The notes under the pieces: generated by a model
Databases searched by the model: none
The model's input: only the letters and a program-made list of their open reading frames with translations
What the model was told of the DNA's origin: nothing
Shown: positions 1 through 9,009 of the stretch, one piece after another
How positions within the stretch are numbered: the first letter of the stretch is position 1
Layout of the letters: every line of letters begins with the position of its first letter
Made by a program: the position numbers and the translations under genes
Origin: Trypanosoma brucei
Lineage: Eukaryota
Assembly: GCA_000002445.1 (NCBI GenBank)
Contig: CP000068.1
Location: 928,001 to 992,000 of the forward strand
Reading direction: 5' to 3'
DNA length: 64,000 nt

Positions 1-803
1 GTGAGAATGCGTTGGAGCACGGTCGTGAGAACAAGTGTGACTATACGGTGATTGCCAAACTTATGACGCGGCAGGCGTTGTGCCTCCAGAAACTCAAGCG
101 CTTTGATGAGGCTATCGCACTATTTAAGAAAGCTCTGGTAGAACACCGCAACCCGGATACGCTTGCCAAACTGAATGCTTGTGAGAAGGAGAAAGCAAAA
201 TTTGAAGCAGATGCGTACATTGATCCAGCGATAGCTCAAGAGAAGAAAGATGAGGGCAACTCTCTCTTTAAGCAGGACAAATTTCCTGAAGCGGTTGCAG
301 CTTACACTGAATCCATCAAACGCAATCCAATGGAGCATACAACCTACAGCAATCGTGCCGCCGCGTATCTTAAGCTCGGTGCGTATAACGAAGCCCTTGC
401 AGACGCTGAAAAATGCATTGAGATTAAACCTGATTTTGTCAAGGCGCACGCCCGGCGTGGCCATGCATTTTTCTGGACGAAACAATACAATAAGGCCATG
501 CAGGCATACGATGAGGGTCTCAAGTACGACAAAGAAAATGCAGAGTGTAAAGATGGTCGCATGCGTACCATGATGAAGATTCAAGAGATGGCTTCTGGAC
601 AATCAGAGGACGGTGATGAGGTTGCGAAGCGTGCTATGGCAGACCCTGAGGTGGCTGCCATCATGCAGGACAGCTACATGCAGCTTGTACTGAATGAGAT
701 GCAGCGGGACCCTACACGCATCAAAGACTACATGAGGGATCCAACTCTTGCAAAGAAGATCAACACCCTCGTCTCGGCTGGGATTATCCGTTTCGGCCAG
801 TAG
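1..803 (+). CDS. STI1: STI1/Hop (stress-induced protein 1) co-chaperone, C-terminal part; the 5' end lies upstream of the window
   Basis: The reading frame is open from base 3 with no stop. It contains TPR repeats (AYSNRAAAYLKLG-like, KALxxDxxNAxxxxxRAxAxxxLxxYxxAxxDxxxAIxIDP). Its C-terminal DP domain MADPEVAAIMQDSYMQLVLNEMQRDPTRIKDYM..KINTLVSAGIIRF aligns with human STIP1 C-terminus [27 protein letters not shown]...KIQKLMDVGLIAIR. Confidence 0.85.
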   Translation, partial: ENALEHGRENKCDYTVIAKLMTRQALCLQKLKRFDEAIALFKKALVEHRNPDTLAKLNACEKEKAKFEADAYIDPAIAQEKKDEGNSLFKQDKFPEAVAAYTESIKRNPMEHTTYSNRAAAYLKLGAYNEALADAEKCIEIKPDFVKAHARRGHAFFWTKQYNKAMQAYDEGLKYDKENAECKDGRMRTMMKIQEMASGQSEDGDEVAKRAMADPEVAAIMQDSYMQLVLNEMQRDPTRIKDYMRDPTLAKKINTLVSAGIIRFGQ

Positions 804-1012
804 GTGAGTGGGAACGTGCGAAAGAAGCCCAGATGATGCCAGTGGGGTGGTGAAAAAAGACAAAAAACCAATGCTGTCTGGTGCCCTCCCCCTCAACATC
901 TGTGAGCGATGTGGACTCGTGCCTTCTCAAGAACCACGCACCTCCTGCCAGGCGCTGCGGTGCCACGGAGTGCACTTTGTGGTGGTTGTTTTACTTATCT
1001 GATAAGCATCAA

Positions 1013-1048
1013 TATTATTATTATTATTACTATTATTATTATTATTAC
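1013..1048. repeat. (TTA)n trinucleotide microsatellite, imperfect
   Basis: attattattattattactattattattattattac, read directly from the sequence. Confidence 0.9.
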
Positions 1049-1254
1049 TGTTTGTGTCTTTCTTTCACCTTCTTTTTTATGAAGAGAAAGTTGAATGAAC
1101 GAATAAGGGTGTGCCCGTTTTTTTGTTACCACAATTGACGTCATCACCCTTGTCGCCTGACTCACACTGACAACGTATAAGCCATCCAGCATCTACTGTG
1201 CCTACAATACCGCCACGTTCACGCATCTTGATATTATATTATTCAAATTACGCT

Positions 1255-1282
1255 ACTTTTTTTCTTTTCTACTTCCTCTTGA
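1255..1282 (+). promoter_or_regulatory. Pyrimidine-rich tract upstream of an AG, a candidate trans-splicing acceptor region for the downstream gene
   Basis: Sequence ctactttttttcttttctacttcctctt is followed by AG at about 1317-1318, about 50 nt before the first ATG at 1331. This is the typical kinetoplastid arrangement. Confidence 0.4.
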
Positions 1283-1330
1283 AACCCACTTTGTGTTTTG
1301 CCCAACTCCCGGCGCATAGGTGATCAAGCA

Positions 1331-3670
1331 ATGAATTCGACGAGTACATCAAGTTACGAGCACGATGTTCCCGTTAAGTATATTCGTACTCTTGACGCAA
1401 GGCTTTTGCCACCGCGAGTGGGGCATAACTGGCTTGATGCAGCGTTTCGCTCAGTCCAAGGTAAACCGCAGCAACTTGAGGAAGAATTCCGAGGAAAGCG
1501 TGCTTTTATGCCACCTGGTGTGTACGACCACACGCCGCCGGAGGGGTTAGGACTCACCGCGCGTCAGCTCATGCAGGCGCTGTCAACACGGAGGAAAGAT
1601 GGCCCCGCGCCGGACGGGCGGCCAATATTTACCACACTGTCTGATAAGGTGCTTCGTTTTTACGCGTTCTTCTCGGAAAAGGCACCTGAAGGGTGTTGTG
1701 AGGAGTACTGGCATCGCTGTGTTGTCATTAATTTTTACCCTGAAGACGATACCGTTCTCATCCAAGAACCCCCAATTCCTAATAGTGGATTACCCGGCGG
1801 AACGTTCCTCAAGAGGCAAAAGGTACGTGCGGACCCAAGACAACGAGAGCAATTTCCCAGTGATGAGTTTCTCACGATCAACCATTTCAACGTGGGTTAC
1901 TCGGTGCGCATCAATTGCGTTGAATTCTTCCTTTATGATTGTGATGCCTTCACACGTGATTTTCTAACCGAAATTGGGGTGGATGTCGGTGAACCGATGC
2001 AGTATCCAGATTCTTCGTTCATGTCTCAGTGGAAACATCAGCAGGAGCAAAGAGCAACAACCAATTATGGTATTGTCTCTAATAACTACTATAGAGACGA
2101 TGCTGTGCGAGCAGCCAGATTTGTACTAGATGCCGGAAAGGTTCTTCGCTTCTATGGTTTACTTGACGAGCGTGACAAGACAACTGGGGGAGCGGTGCGA
2201 AAGTTGGAAGTATTATACTTTGTTGAAGACGACTCTATCGCGGTGGTGGAGCGCCCCACGACAAATGAGGCGGTACCAGCATTGTTTCTCTCACGTGGGT
2301 GGCTCCCAAAGGCGGGGTCTATTGAGAAGACCCTTGAATTCACTTTTGCACACCGGGTAAACGGTATGAGGGAACCGTACGTGGGGCCTGGTGGCTGCTA
2401 CACTGCGCGGGATCTTGGGGTAGGGGCCACCATTAACGTTCTTGGAAGAGGTGTCTTCCTTTACGATTGTGACGATTTCACACGTTCGTACTATAAGGAG
2501 ACTTTTGGAGTGGAGCTTGCTGAAGCTATAGATGGTCTCAGTCAATATGGTCTACCGTCGAAGCCTGACGTTGTGTCTTTTCGGTCGAACGCTACACCAG
2601 CTTCTGCTCCTGCCACTGTTGCGCCGAAAGTGGTGGAAACTAATGTCATTATTAAAAAAGGTGATGTACTTCGCTTTTTGCTGCGCCTCTCCGCACCTTG
2701 CACGTCAGCGGAGCGTATGCGTCGCTTCACCCTAACACACTACACCGCAACAGGTGATTCAATGGTATATGAGTCTCCCATCAAGAACTCTGGCTACGTT
2801 GGTGGTTGCTTTAGTAGTCGATCGCGGATTCCTAACCCCGCAGGTGGACCGGGCGCGTACTACACACATGAGGATTTTAAAGTTGGCAGTATCATTGTGA
2901 TCAACGCTCACAAATTTGAGGTAATGAACATGGACGAGCACACAGCAAACTTCCTGGCGTGTAAAGGTGAAACTGCTCTGAATGAAGAACAGCTGCGGTT
3001 GCTTGTCGATGCATTCCGTCTATTCCTGAGGACGCGATTTCACTCATTCAGAGATGCTTTTCTTGGCTTTGATCGTGACAAGGATAGTGTGATCAGCGTT
3101 ACGGAGTTCGTGGACCACGTGACCCATTTGCAAATCACAGACAGACGGATGGACGCGCAGGCACTCTTTGATAGCATTTGCCAGAACCCGGAAACAGGTT
3201 ATCTAACACTGGAAACTTTTGTTGACTGGATAAACCAAAAAGGGTCTGAAAGCTGTGGGGATGCTAAATCGAGTCAGCCTATAAACATAGATGAACGGGC
3301 GCTGATGAGGAAAGCTTTGTGTCAACTGTGCGAACGGCTTGAGGCTCGGTGTTTGAACAGCCTTCAAATGTTCAGACTTGCTTCCACTATGCCAAGGGCT
3401 TACTCTGGGCGGCGTGCGGATTGCTATTCGCTGACCAATCCGCATCGTGACGCCTATATAACACCTGTGCAACTTCGGCGGTGTATTGAGGAGGTGTTGG
3501 GCGGTAACCCGTCGCCTCGTGAGCTTGACGCCTTGCTCTTCTTTTTCTTTCCCGCATTGCCGCCGGAGGAGTACCGTGTTAAGCGGGATATCAGCCTTGA
3601 GCATTCACTCGACCTTAAGGCGTTCCAGAAGAAGTATCACGAGATGTGCACACTTCAGCAACTGTCGTAG
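1331..3670 (+). CDS. Flagellar protofilament ribbon protein Rib72/EFHC1-like (three DM10 domains plus a C-terminal EF-hand region)
   Basis: Three repeated DM10-like units (VLRFYAFFSE...FLYDCDAFTRDFL; KVLRFYGLLDE...FLYDCDDFTRSYY; VLRFLLRLSAP...) are followed by an EF-hand-like C-terminus. The ORF-track start at 1298 is TTG; the first in-frame ATG is 1331. Confidence 0.8.
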   Translation: MNSTSTSSYEHDVPVKYIRTLDARLLPPRVGHNWLDAAFRSVQGKPQQLEEEFRGKRAFMPPGVYDHTPPEGLGLTARQLMQALSTRRKDGPAPDGRPIFTTLSDKVLRFYAFFSEKAPEGCCEEYWHRCVVINFYPEDDTVLIQEPPIPNSGLPGGTFLKRQKVRADPRQREQFPSDEFLTINHFNVGYSVRINCVEFFLYDCDAFTRDFLTEIGVDVGEPMQYPDSSFMSQWKHQQEQRATTNYGIVSNNYYRDDAVRAARFVLDAGKVLRFYGLLDERDKTTGGAVRKLEVLYFVEDDSIAVVERPTTNEAVPALFLSRGWLPKAGSIEKTLEFTFAHRVNGMREPYVGPGGCYTARDLGVGATINVLGRGVFLYDCDDFTRSYYKETFGVELAEAIDGLSQYGLPSKPDVVSFRSNATPASAPATVAPKVVETNVIIKKGDVLRFLLRLSAPCTSAERMRRFTLTHYTATGDSMVYESPIKNSGYVGGCFSSRSRIPNPAGGPGAYYTHEDFKVGSIIVINAHKFEVMNMDEHTANFLACKGETALNEEQLRLLVDAFRLFLRTRFHSFRDAFLGFDRDKDSVISVTEFVDHVTHLQITDRRMDAQALFDSICQNPETGYLTLETFVDWINQKGSESCGDAKSSQPINIDERALMRKALCQLCERLEARCLNSLQMFRLASTMPRAYSGRRADCYSLTNPHRDAYITPVQLRRCIEEVLGGNPSPRELDALLFFFFPALPPEEYRVKRDISLEHSLDLKAFQKKYHEMCTLQQLS

Positions 3671-4376
3671 ACTAATATATAAAGGTAGATAGGGTGAAAA
3701 GAAGGTCAATATGGTGATGCCACCTGACTTGTTTGCGCCCAGAAGTGGTGCTGACTATGAGTACCAAGAATGTGGCGGTTGAGGAGATGGTTGGTAACAA
3801 ACTAGAAATGTATATTGCACGTGGCACGTTGTAGACAGCGTTACATCAATCATAATATGTAAATAATAGAGTGAATCGGAGGGGGAACGTGAGGACAGGC
3901 AGAGTTTTTGTGGACGCACCGTAGATATTTCAACGTTATTTCTGCAGGACTGCCTATGTGCCTGGCGTGGTTAGCTCATTGTAATATTGAGAATGCGTCT
4001 CCTGATCTTGCTCCATTTCCATTTAGGGGGTTATTTGCCTCTCCTCCCATATGTACTCCTTTTGTTTGCCGTGTTGTATTTCTTTCATCTGTATAATCCC
4101 CTTTCTCCCCAATTTTGTCATTATTATTACACTATACGATACAATCTTGTTTTGTGTACACATGCTTGTGCTTGTGCAGCGGACACAGATACGGTCACGG
4201 TGCTCGGGGTGGCACCAACGCAACAACTCCGAAGTAGTGGGAAGAAATATATTGGATAAAACGTTGGTCAGGAAGAATAAAAACGCTGTGCGCCGACTTG
4301 GGTTAAAACACTTGGGTACAATAAAGAAAAAGGGAAAGGGACAACACGGTAACAAAGACGCCAAGTAGCAATAAGG

Positions 4377-5537
4377 ATGAGTAAACCTACCGTTTCGGAG
4401 GAACACCATGCAGATGTGATTCGTCAGCACTTAACTGGAATCGAGAACGCGTATTACTACAACCCTGGTAATGAGATGGCGGCGGTACATCCTGCGGAGG
4501 GGACTGTGTCCCCGCGGCAGTCACAGGATATTCAGCCAGTTTGCATTGTCGCTGGTAATGGAAACCGCCCACTAGCTGAGGCAGTGGCGCTGCTTCTGGG
4601 GATCCCCACACACCAGACTTTAGTGGCCCAACGTGCAAGCGGTGAGGTGAATGTCCGTATATGCGAGAGTGTCCTTGGCGCCGATGTGTACATCATCCAG
4701 AGTACTTCGGGAAATGGGCTCATCGACGTTAACACAGCGATTATGGAGCTTCTGCTGCTCGTTCGGAAGATGCGCCTCAGCAATGCGAGACGTGTCACTG
4801 CAATAATCCCCTTCTTTTCGTACTCGAAACAGGATCGCAAAAGAAACATCCGCAGCACAATTTCGGCGGCGGCCGTTGCCAACATGCTGACAACCGTTGG
4901 GGTGGACCGCGTCACAACACTCGACCTCCATGCAGGGCAAACACAGGGGTTCTTCGGCAACACACCATTGGACAACCTGCAGATGTACCAAGAATTTGCT
5001 CAATATCTTCATAGCCAGGTATGGTTTAACAGCAACAATATGACGATTGTAGCACTGAGCGCTGGTAGCGTAGAGCGCGCACGACTTCTAGCCGATACAC
5101 TCAACATCGATCAAATTGCCACCGTCCTCCTACGGCGCAATGCGAGTGGCACCGTGACTTTGCAGTGCGTGGGAGAGGTGAAAGGCCGCATTTGTGTTGT
5201 CGTCGAGGGTATCTGTGACACGGGTGAGGTCCTTGTGAAAACTTCTGAGTTGCTGAACCAACTTGGTGCTACAAAGGTAACGGCTTGTTGCACCCACGGC
5301 ATTCTCACACCGCCATGCCCTCAGCTGCTAAACGAATGTGATGCTCTAAGCGAAGTTGTTGTGTCTGACTCAATACCACAGGAGGAGCATCAGCGACTTG
5401 TCCCCAAATTGAAGGTACTCACTATTGCCCCGCTAATCGCTACTGTCGTGTTCAAACATACCCAAGATGCCAGTTTTGTTCCTTTGTTCGAACAACCCAA
5501 GCTTAGGGAGGGAAAGGGATCCGTCGACTCTCCATAA
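4377..5537 (+). CDS. Ribose-phosphate pyrophosphokinase (PRPP synthetase)-like protein, divergent, with an N-terminal extension
   Basis: PRS family motifs are present: RVTAIIPFFSYSKQDRK (compare human PRPS1 RVTAVIPCFPYARQDKK) and DLHAGQTQGFFGNTPLDNL (compare HASQIQGFFDIPVDNL). The canonical ribose-5-P loop DDMADTCGT is replaced by EGICDTGEV. Confidence 0.8.
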   Translation: MSKPTVSEEHHADVIRQHLTGIENAYYYNPGNEMAAVHPAEGTVSPRQSQDIQPVCIVAGNGNRPLAEAVALLLGIPTHQTLVAQRASGEVNVRICESVLGADVYIIQSTSGNGLIDVNTAIMELLLLVRKMRLSNARRVTAIIPFFSYSKQDRKRNIRSTISAAAVANMLTTVGVDRVTTLDLHAGQTQGFFGNTPLDNLQMYQEFAQYLHSQVWFNSNNMTIVALSAGSVERARLLADTLNIDQIATVLLRRNASGTVTLQCVGEVKGRICVVVEGICDTGEVLVKTSELLNQLGATKVTACCTHGILTPPCPQLLNECDALSEVVVSDSIPQEEHQRLVPKLKVLTIAPLIATVVFKHTQDASFVPLFEQPKLREGKGSVDSP

Positions 5538-6256
5538 AGTGTTAACTTTTTTTTCCCTTTTCCACTGTGTCGATGTTGATAGGTATAAGGGAGGTGGATG
5601 CTCAGTGGCGAGTGTTTCGTGGGAATTTATGTGTAGGTCGCTTTTTTTGACCACGGTACGCTCTCCAGTGTTGATTTAATTTGTTTTCGTAAGACGAAAA
5701 TTTGTTATAATTAACGAGAAGGGAAAGCAAAAAACGAAGGAGTCTCAGCACGAGCACACGCATGCTATAGGCGGTACGGTTGGTCCTTCGTCTAATTATC
5801 GACGTGTTTTTTTTTACATTCGCCACGGGATAGAAGGGGAAAAGTGAGCAGTTAAGGCGCATTATGTGCATTGAAAGTACTCCTAATTCCCTTCACTGTG
5901 GGTGATGTTTGGTAACACCGCGTACTTCTTACTTGCCCTTATCTTCTTTTTCACGAACATTTGGTTTTGATTCTCTTTTCCCATTTTGTTTTCCCTCATG
6001 TATGATTATATATCATGTGTATATAGGGCTCACAGAGTTTTCTTTGAATAAGATAGAAACCGCCTAAAGGGGCAGTTGATATTATTATCTTGTACTGTTG
6101 CAGCGCAACCGCTGAAGATCATCTTTTGTTTTTTGAAAAAAAAAAACACACACACACAAGTGCACTCAGGTGCACGTTTCATAGACATAATTCTGTCAAG
6201 TGGAAAAGGTTGTGTGAGCCGAACCTCGCAACCCATAGAAGAGAGTGTGAAGGAAA

Positions 6257-8749
6257 ATGTTGACGCTCCGTGAACTAGACCCTTCCGAACTGGAAGATGA
6301 AGCGCACCTGAGGCGCTTCGAACAATGTCGTTGCGAGGTTATGCGCGTGTCCAGTAGCCGTCTTCTCCCTGAATGTATTGCTCTGACCACAAAAGGCGGT
6401 TTTGTACAACTCGTCAACGTTTCCACGGGAGCGTTTCGTGTTTTCCTTACACACCTGGGAAATATGCCGTTGGAGTCACAACTTCGTTGCTTTTCCCTTG
6501 CCCCCTCCCTCTACGCTACCAAAGGTGCCCACTCGCTGCTCTACTCACTTGCGTACTCGAACGAACTCCTGCTGGCTGATATGGAGCAAGGTACTGTGAG
6601 TGTTCTTGCAACCTTCCAAAGCCGCCCCAGTGTTGTGTATTGTGATGGTGATTACATTGTGTGCGGGGAGGGCTCTGGGCAAGTAACCCTGTGGCGGTCA
6701 CCTAGTGCCACAGATGGTGATGCGACGATTGAGTGGCGCAGGTCTGTATTCACAGACACGGTGGTATGTATTACACTACAGCGTGCATACGTGGTCTGTT
6801 CATCTGTAGACCAACACTCCTACGTGCTATCCCTCCGTGGAGGGGACATCATCGCAAAACTTGCGCAAGGCCCAGAGGCGGCGGTTTCGCTGCAGTCTGT
6901 TACAACTTCACAACTAAGCGGAGGTTTCATGTTACTCTGTCTTCCGACCGTACTGACTGTTTATGCTCCACCGAACAAAGAGGTTGCAGCACCCCCTTGT
7001 CCCACCGACGGTACCGTGTGGGACTGCTCGAATTCAGTACAACTAGACACGCAGATAAACTGTTTAAGTTGCTGTGTTGGCCTCATAGCCTGCGGAACAG
7101 CTTCCGGCGTTGTAATCCTCATGACTATGGATGAAACAGGCCGTGAGGTGGTGGAGCGAGTAAGGTTCAACGTTGGGTTTGCTGTCGTTTGTGTTCAGTT
7201 GTTTGACGACGACACCCTGGTGGTTGTAACCTCCTCTGGCGATGTATGGAAGTGGACCACCACGGACTTGCTTCCTGAGGAGCCAGCATGTGATTTGAGC
7301 GGTGAGGAAGAACTTCCCGAGCCTAATGTGCAACCGCCTACCGCCACGTCTGCGGCACCCAGGCCAACACATGAATCAATGGGTCTGGACAACCCTCAGA
7401 TTGTTCAAGTAACTTCCAGTGAGGTTGTTAACCCAGGATATCTTAATGAGTGCGGAAAAGAGGAGGAGGAGGAGATTACTATAATGATGGACGATGAATC
7501 TCATCCTCTGCCGTCTCGCGTATCAACCCTTCCCTCCAGACACCCAGTGAACCTTCGCACACATTGTCGGGAAGGTAGCGACAATAAGAATGTTGGGGAT
7601 TACCAGGAAATTTTTGACACACCAAATGAGGTGCTTGCTCATATGGCTGAGTGTTCTGGAGATAGAAGTGATCATATGCCGACGTGCGCTCGAACCAGGT
7701 CACCATCGGGCACGGTTACAGAGTCCGAAACCTTTTCTGATGATGGCAGCTCGTGTTCTAGTCGATCGAGCTCACCGAGCAGCGTCAGCGTCGCTGGGTA
7801 TGCGACCGCAGATGTAGCGGCCGACCGCATCACCAATGGGGCAATTCAGAGCTCACCACCCAGCGAACAGAACCTTCGCTCAATCAGTCGTGATGCTGCG
7901 GGTGACTTTGCCGTTGATGTGGATGCGACGCTGACCTCCAGTCCCGGGACTTGTGCTTGTCCACCTGTCTTGGAGGCCGGACTGACAACTGCTGACGCAG
8001 TTGCTGTTGCTGCCTGCAACGAAGTAACTGAGCGTGGAGGTGAGGTGTGCTCTCCCACAAGGTATACACTGACGCACACCCTGGACAAGGTGTTACGTGC
8101 TGTTGATGTAGTCCCGCCGTTAACGATCAAGGGGTTGTGCGCGGGAAGGCGTATGGACCCGCGCAAGGCCAAACTTATTGCTGAGACCGACTGCCATGAA
8201 GAGCCAGCCCCGGGACCGGAGAGGCAAAGTTCACAAATGTTGATGGATTATCGTGAAGGGCTGGAGGACACGCCCTTTGACTATGCGGCGTACGCTGGGG
8301 CCCACCCACTAAAGACCGAGGCTCTTAAATACAGATACCCCGTGCGAATGCCGGTGTATAGTACACGCGCTCAACTGTTCACTCCTTCCACGGAACTGCG
8401 CGTGACCAACATCAAAGGAAACAGCGAAGAAAACAATATGGAGGTCAATCGGAAGAAAGAAAGCCGACAAGACCACAATGATCAGCAAGAGAATGTCACG
8501 AATTTTACCATTGCCGATGATCTCATGAACGCCACGTACGGAAGACTCACACGGCGAAAAGATCCCCTGCTTGAGGAAGAGCGACAGCTTGGGGGACCCG
8601 ATATTCGTCGCCACTCTTGCGGTGGATTACTGTGTGGGACCGTGGATCCTAATGGAACTGTGCTTTTTCAGGAATTTCGCGTGCAGCCCAGTCCTCCTGG
8701 TCTACTTCTTTTACCAATGCCACTCCCCCCGACGCCCACAGTCTTTTAA
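6257..8749 (+). CDS. Hypothetical protein (830 aa): N-terminal possibly beta-propeller-like region, then a central acidic and Ser/Thr/Pro-rich low-complexity region
   Basis: Long uninterrupted ORF with an ATG start, same strand and spacing as its neighbours. I could not recognise a family. Confidence 0.6.
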   Translation: MLTLRELDPSELEDEAHLRRFEQCRCEVMRVSSSRLLPECIALTTKGGFVQLVNVSTGAFRVFLTHLGNMPLESQLRCFSLAPSLYATKGAHSLLYSLAYSNELLLADMEQGTVSVLATFQSRPSVVYCDGDYIVCGEGSGQVTLWRSPSATDGDATIEWRRSVFTDTVVCITLQRAYVVCSSVDQHSYVLSLRGGDIIAKLAQGPEAAVSLQSVTTSQLSGGFMLLCLPTVLTVYAPPNKEVAAPPCPTDGTVWDCSNSVQLDTQINCLSCCVGLIACGTASGVVILMTMDETGREVVERVRFNVGFAVVCVQLFDDDTLVVVTSSGDVWKWTTTDLLPEEPACDLSGEEELPEPNVQPPTATSAAPRPTHESMGLDNPQIVQVTSSEVVNPGYLNECGKEEEEEITIMMDDESHPLPSRVSTLPSRHPVNLRTHCREGSDNKNVGDYQEIFDTPNEVLAHMAECSGDRSDHMPTCARTRSPSGTVTESETFSDDGSSCSSRSSSPSSVSVAGYATADVAADRITNGAIQSSPPSEQNLRSISRDAAGDFAVDVDATLTSSPGTCACPPVLEAGLTTADAVAVAACNEVTERGGEVCSPTRYTLTHTLDKVLRAVDVVPPLTIKGLCAGRRMDPRKAKLIAETDCHEEPAPGPERQSSQMLMDYREGLEDTPFDYAAYAGAHPLKTEALKYRYPVRMPVYSTRAQLFTPSTELRVTNIKGNSEENNMEVNRKKESRQDHNDQQENVTNFTIADDLMNATYGRLTRRKDPLLEEERQLGGPDIRRHSCGGLLCGTVDPNGTVLFQEFRVQPSPPGLLLLPMPLPPTPTVF

Positions 8750-9009
8750 TATGATTCCATAGAGTGGAATAAGATGAACGTGCATCGTTTGATGCGGTTT
8801 GTTGTCATTTTTCTTTTTTTAAAAAGTGAAGAGGTGCTGCGTGACAGCGACGTGTGGAGGGATAGTTGAACTGTCATCGCCTTCTTTTGCATCTTATTGC
8901 TTCATTTCCCTCCGGAATAACTTTTTTTTTTCGCTTTGATATGAGTATAGGGCGCCATAAAATAAGCGAGACGTACCCCGTTGTGGGGTGTGCTTGGTTG
9001 TTTTGAGGG

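Noticed and set aside
4532-5012. Antisense ORFs of 130-147 aa overlapping the PRPP synthetase-like gene
   Set aside because: Shadow ORFs on the non-coding strand of a well-supported gene. Kinetoplastid clusters are unidirectional, and there is no motif support.
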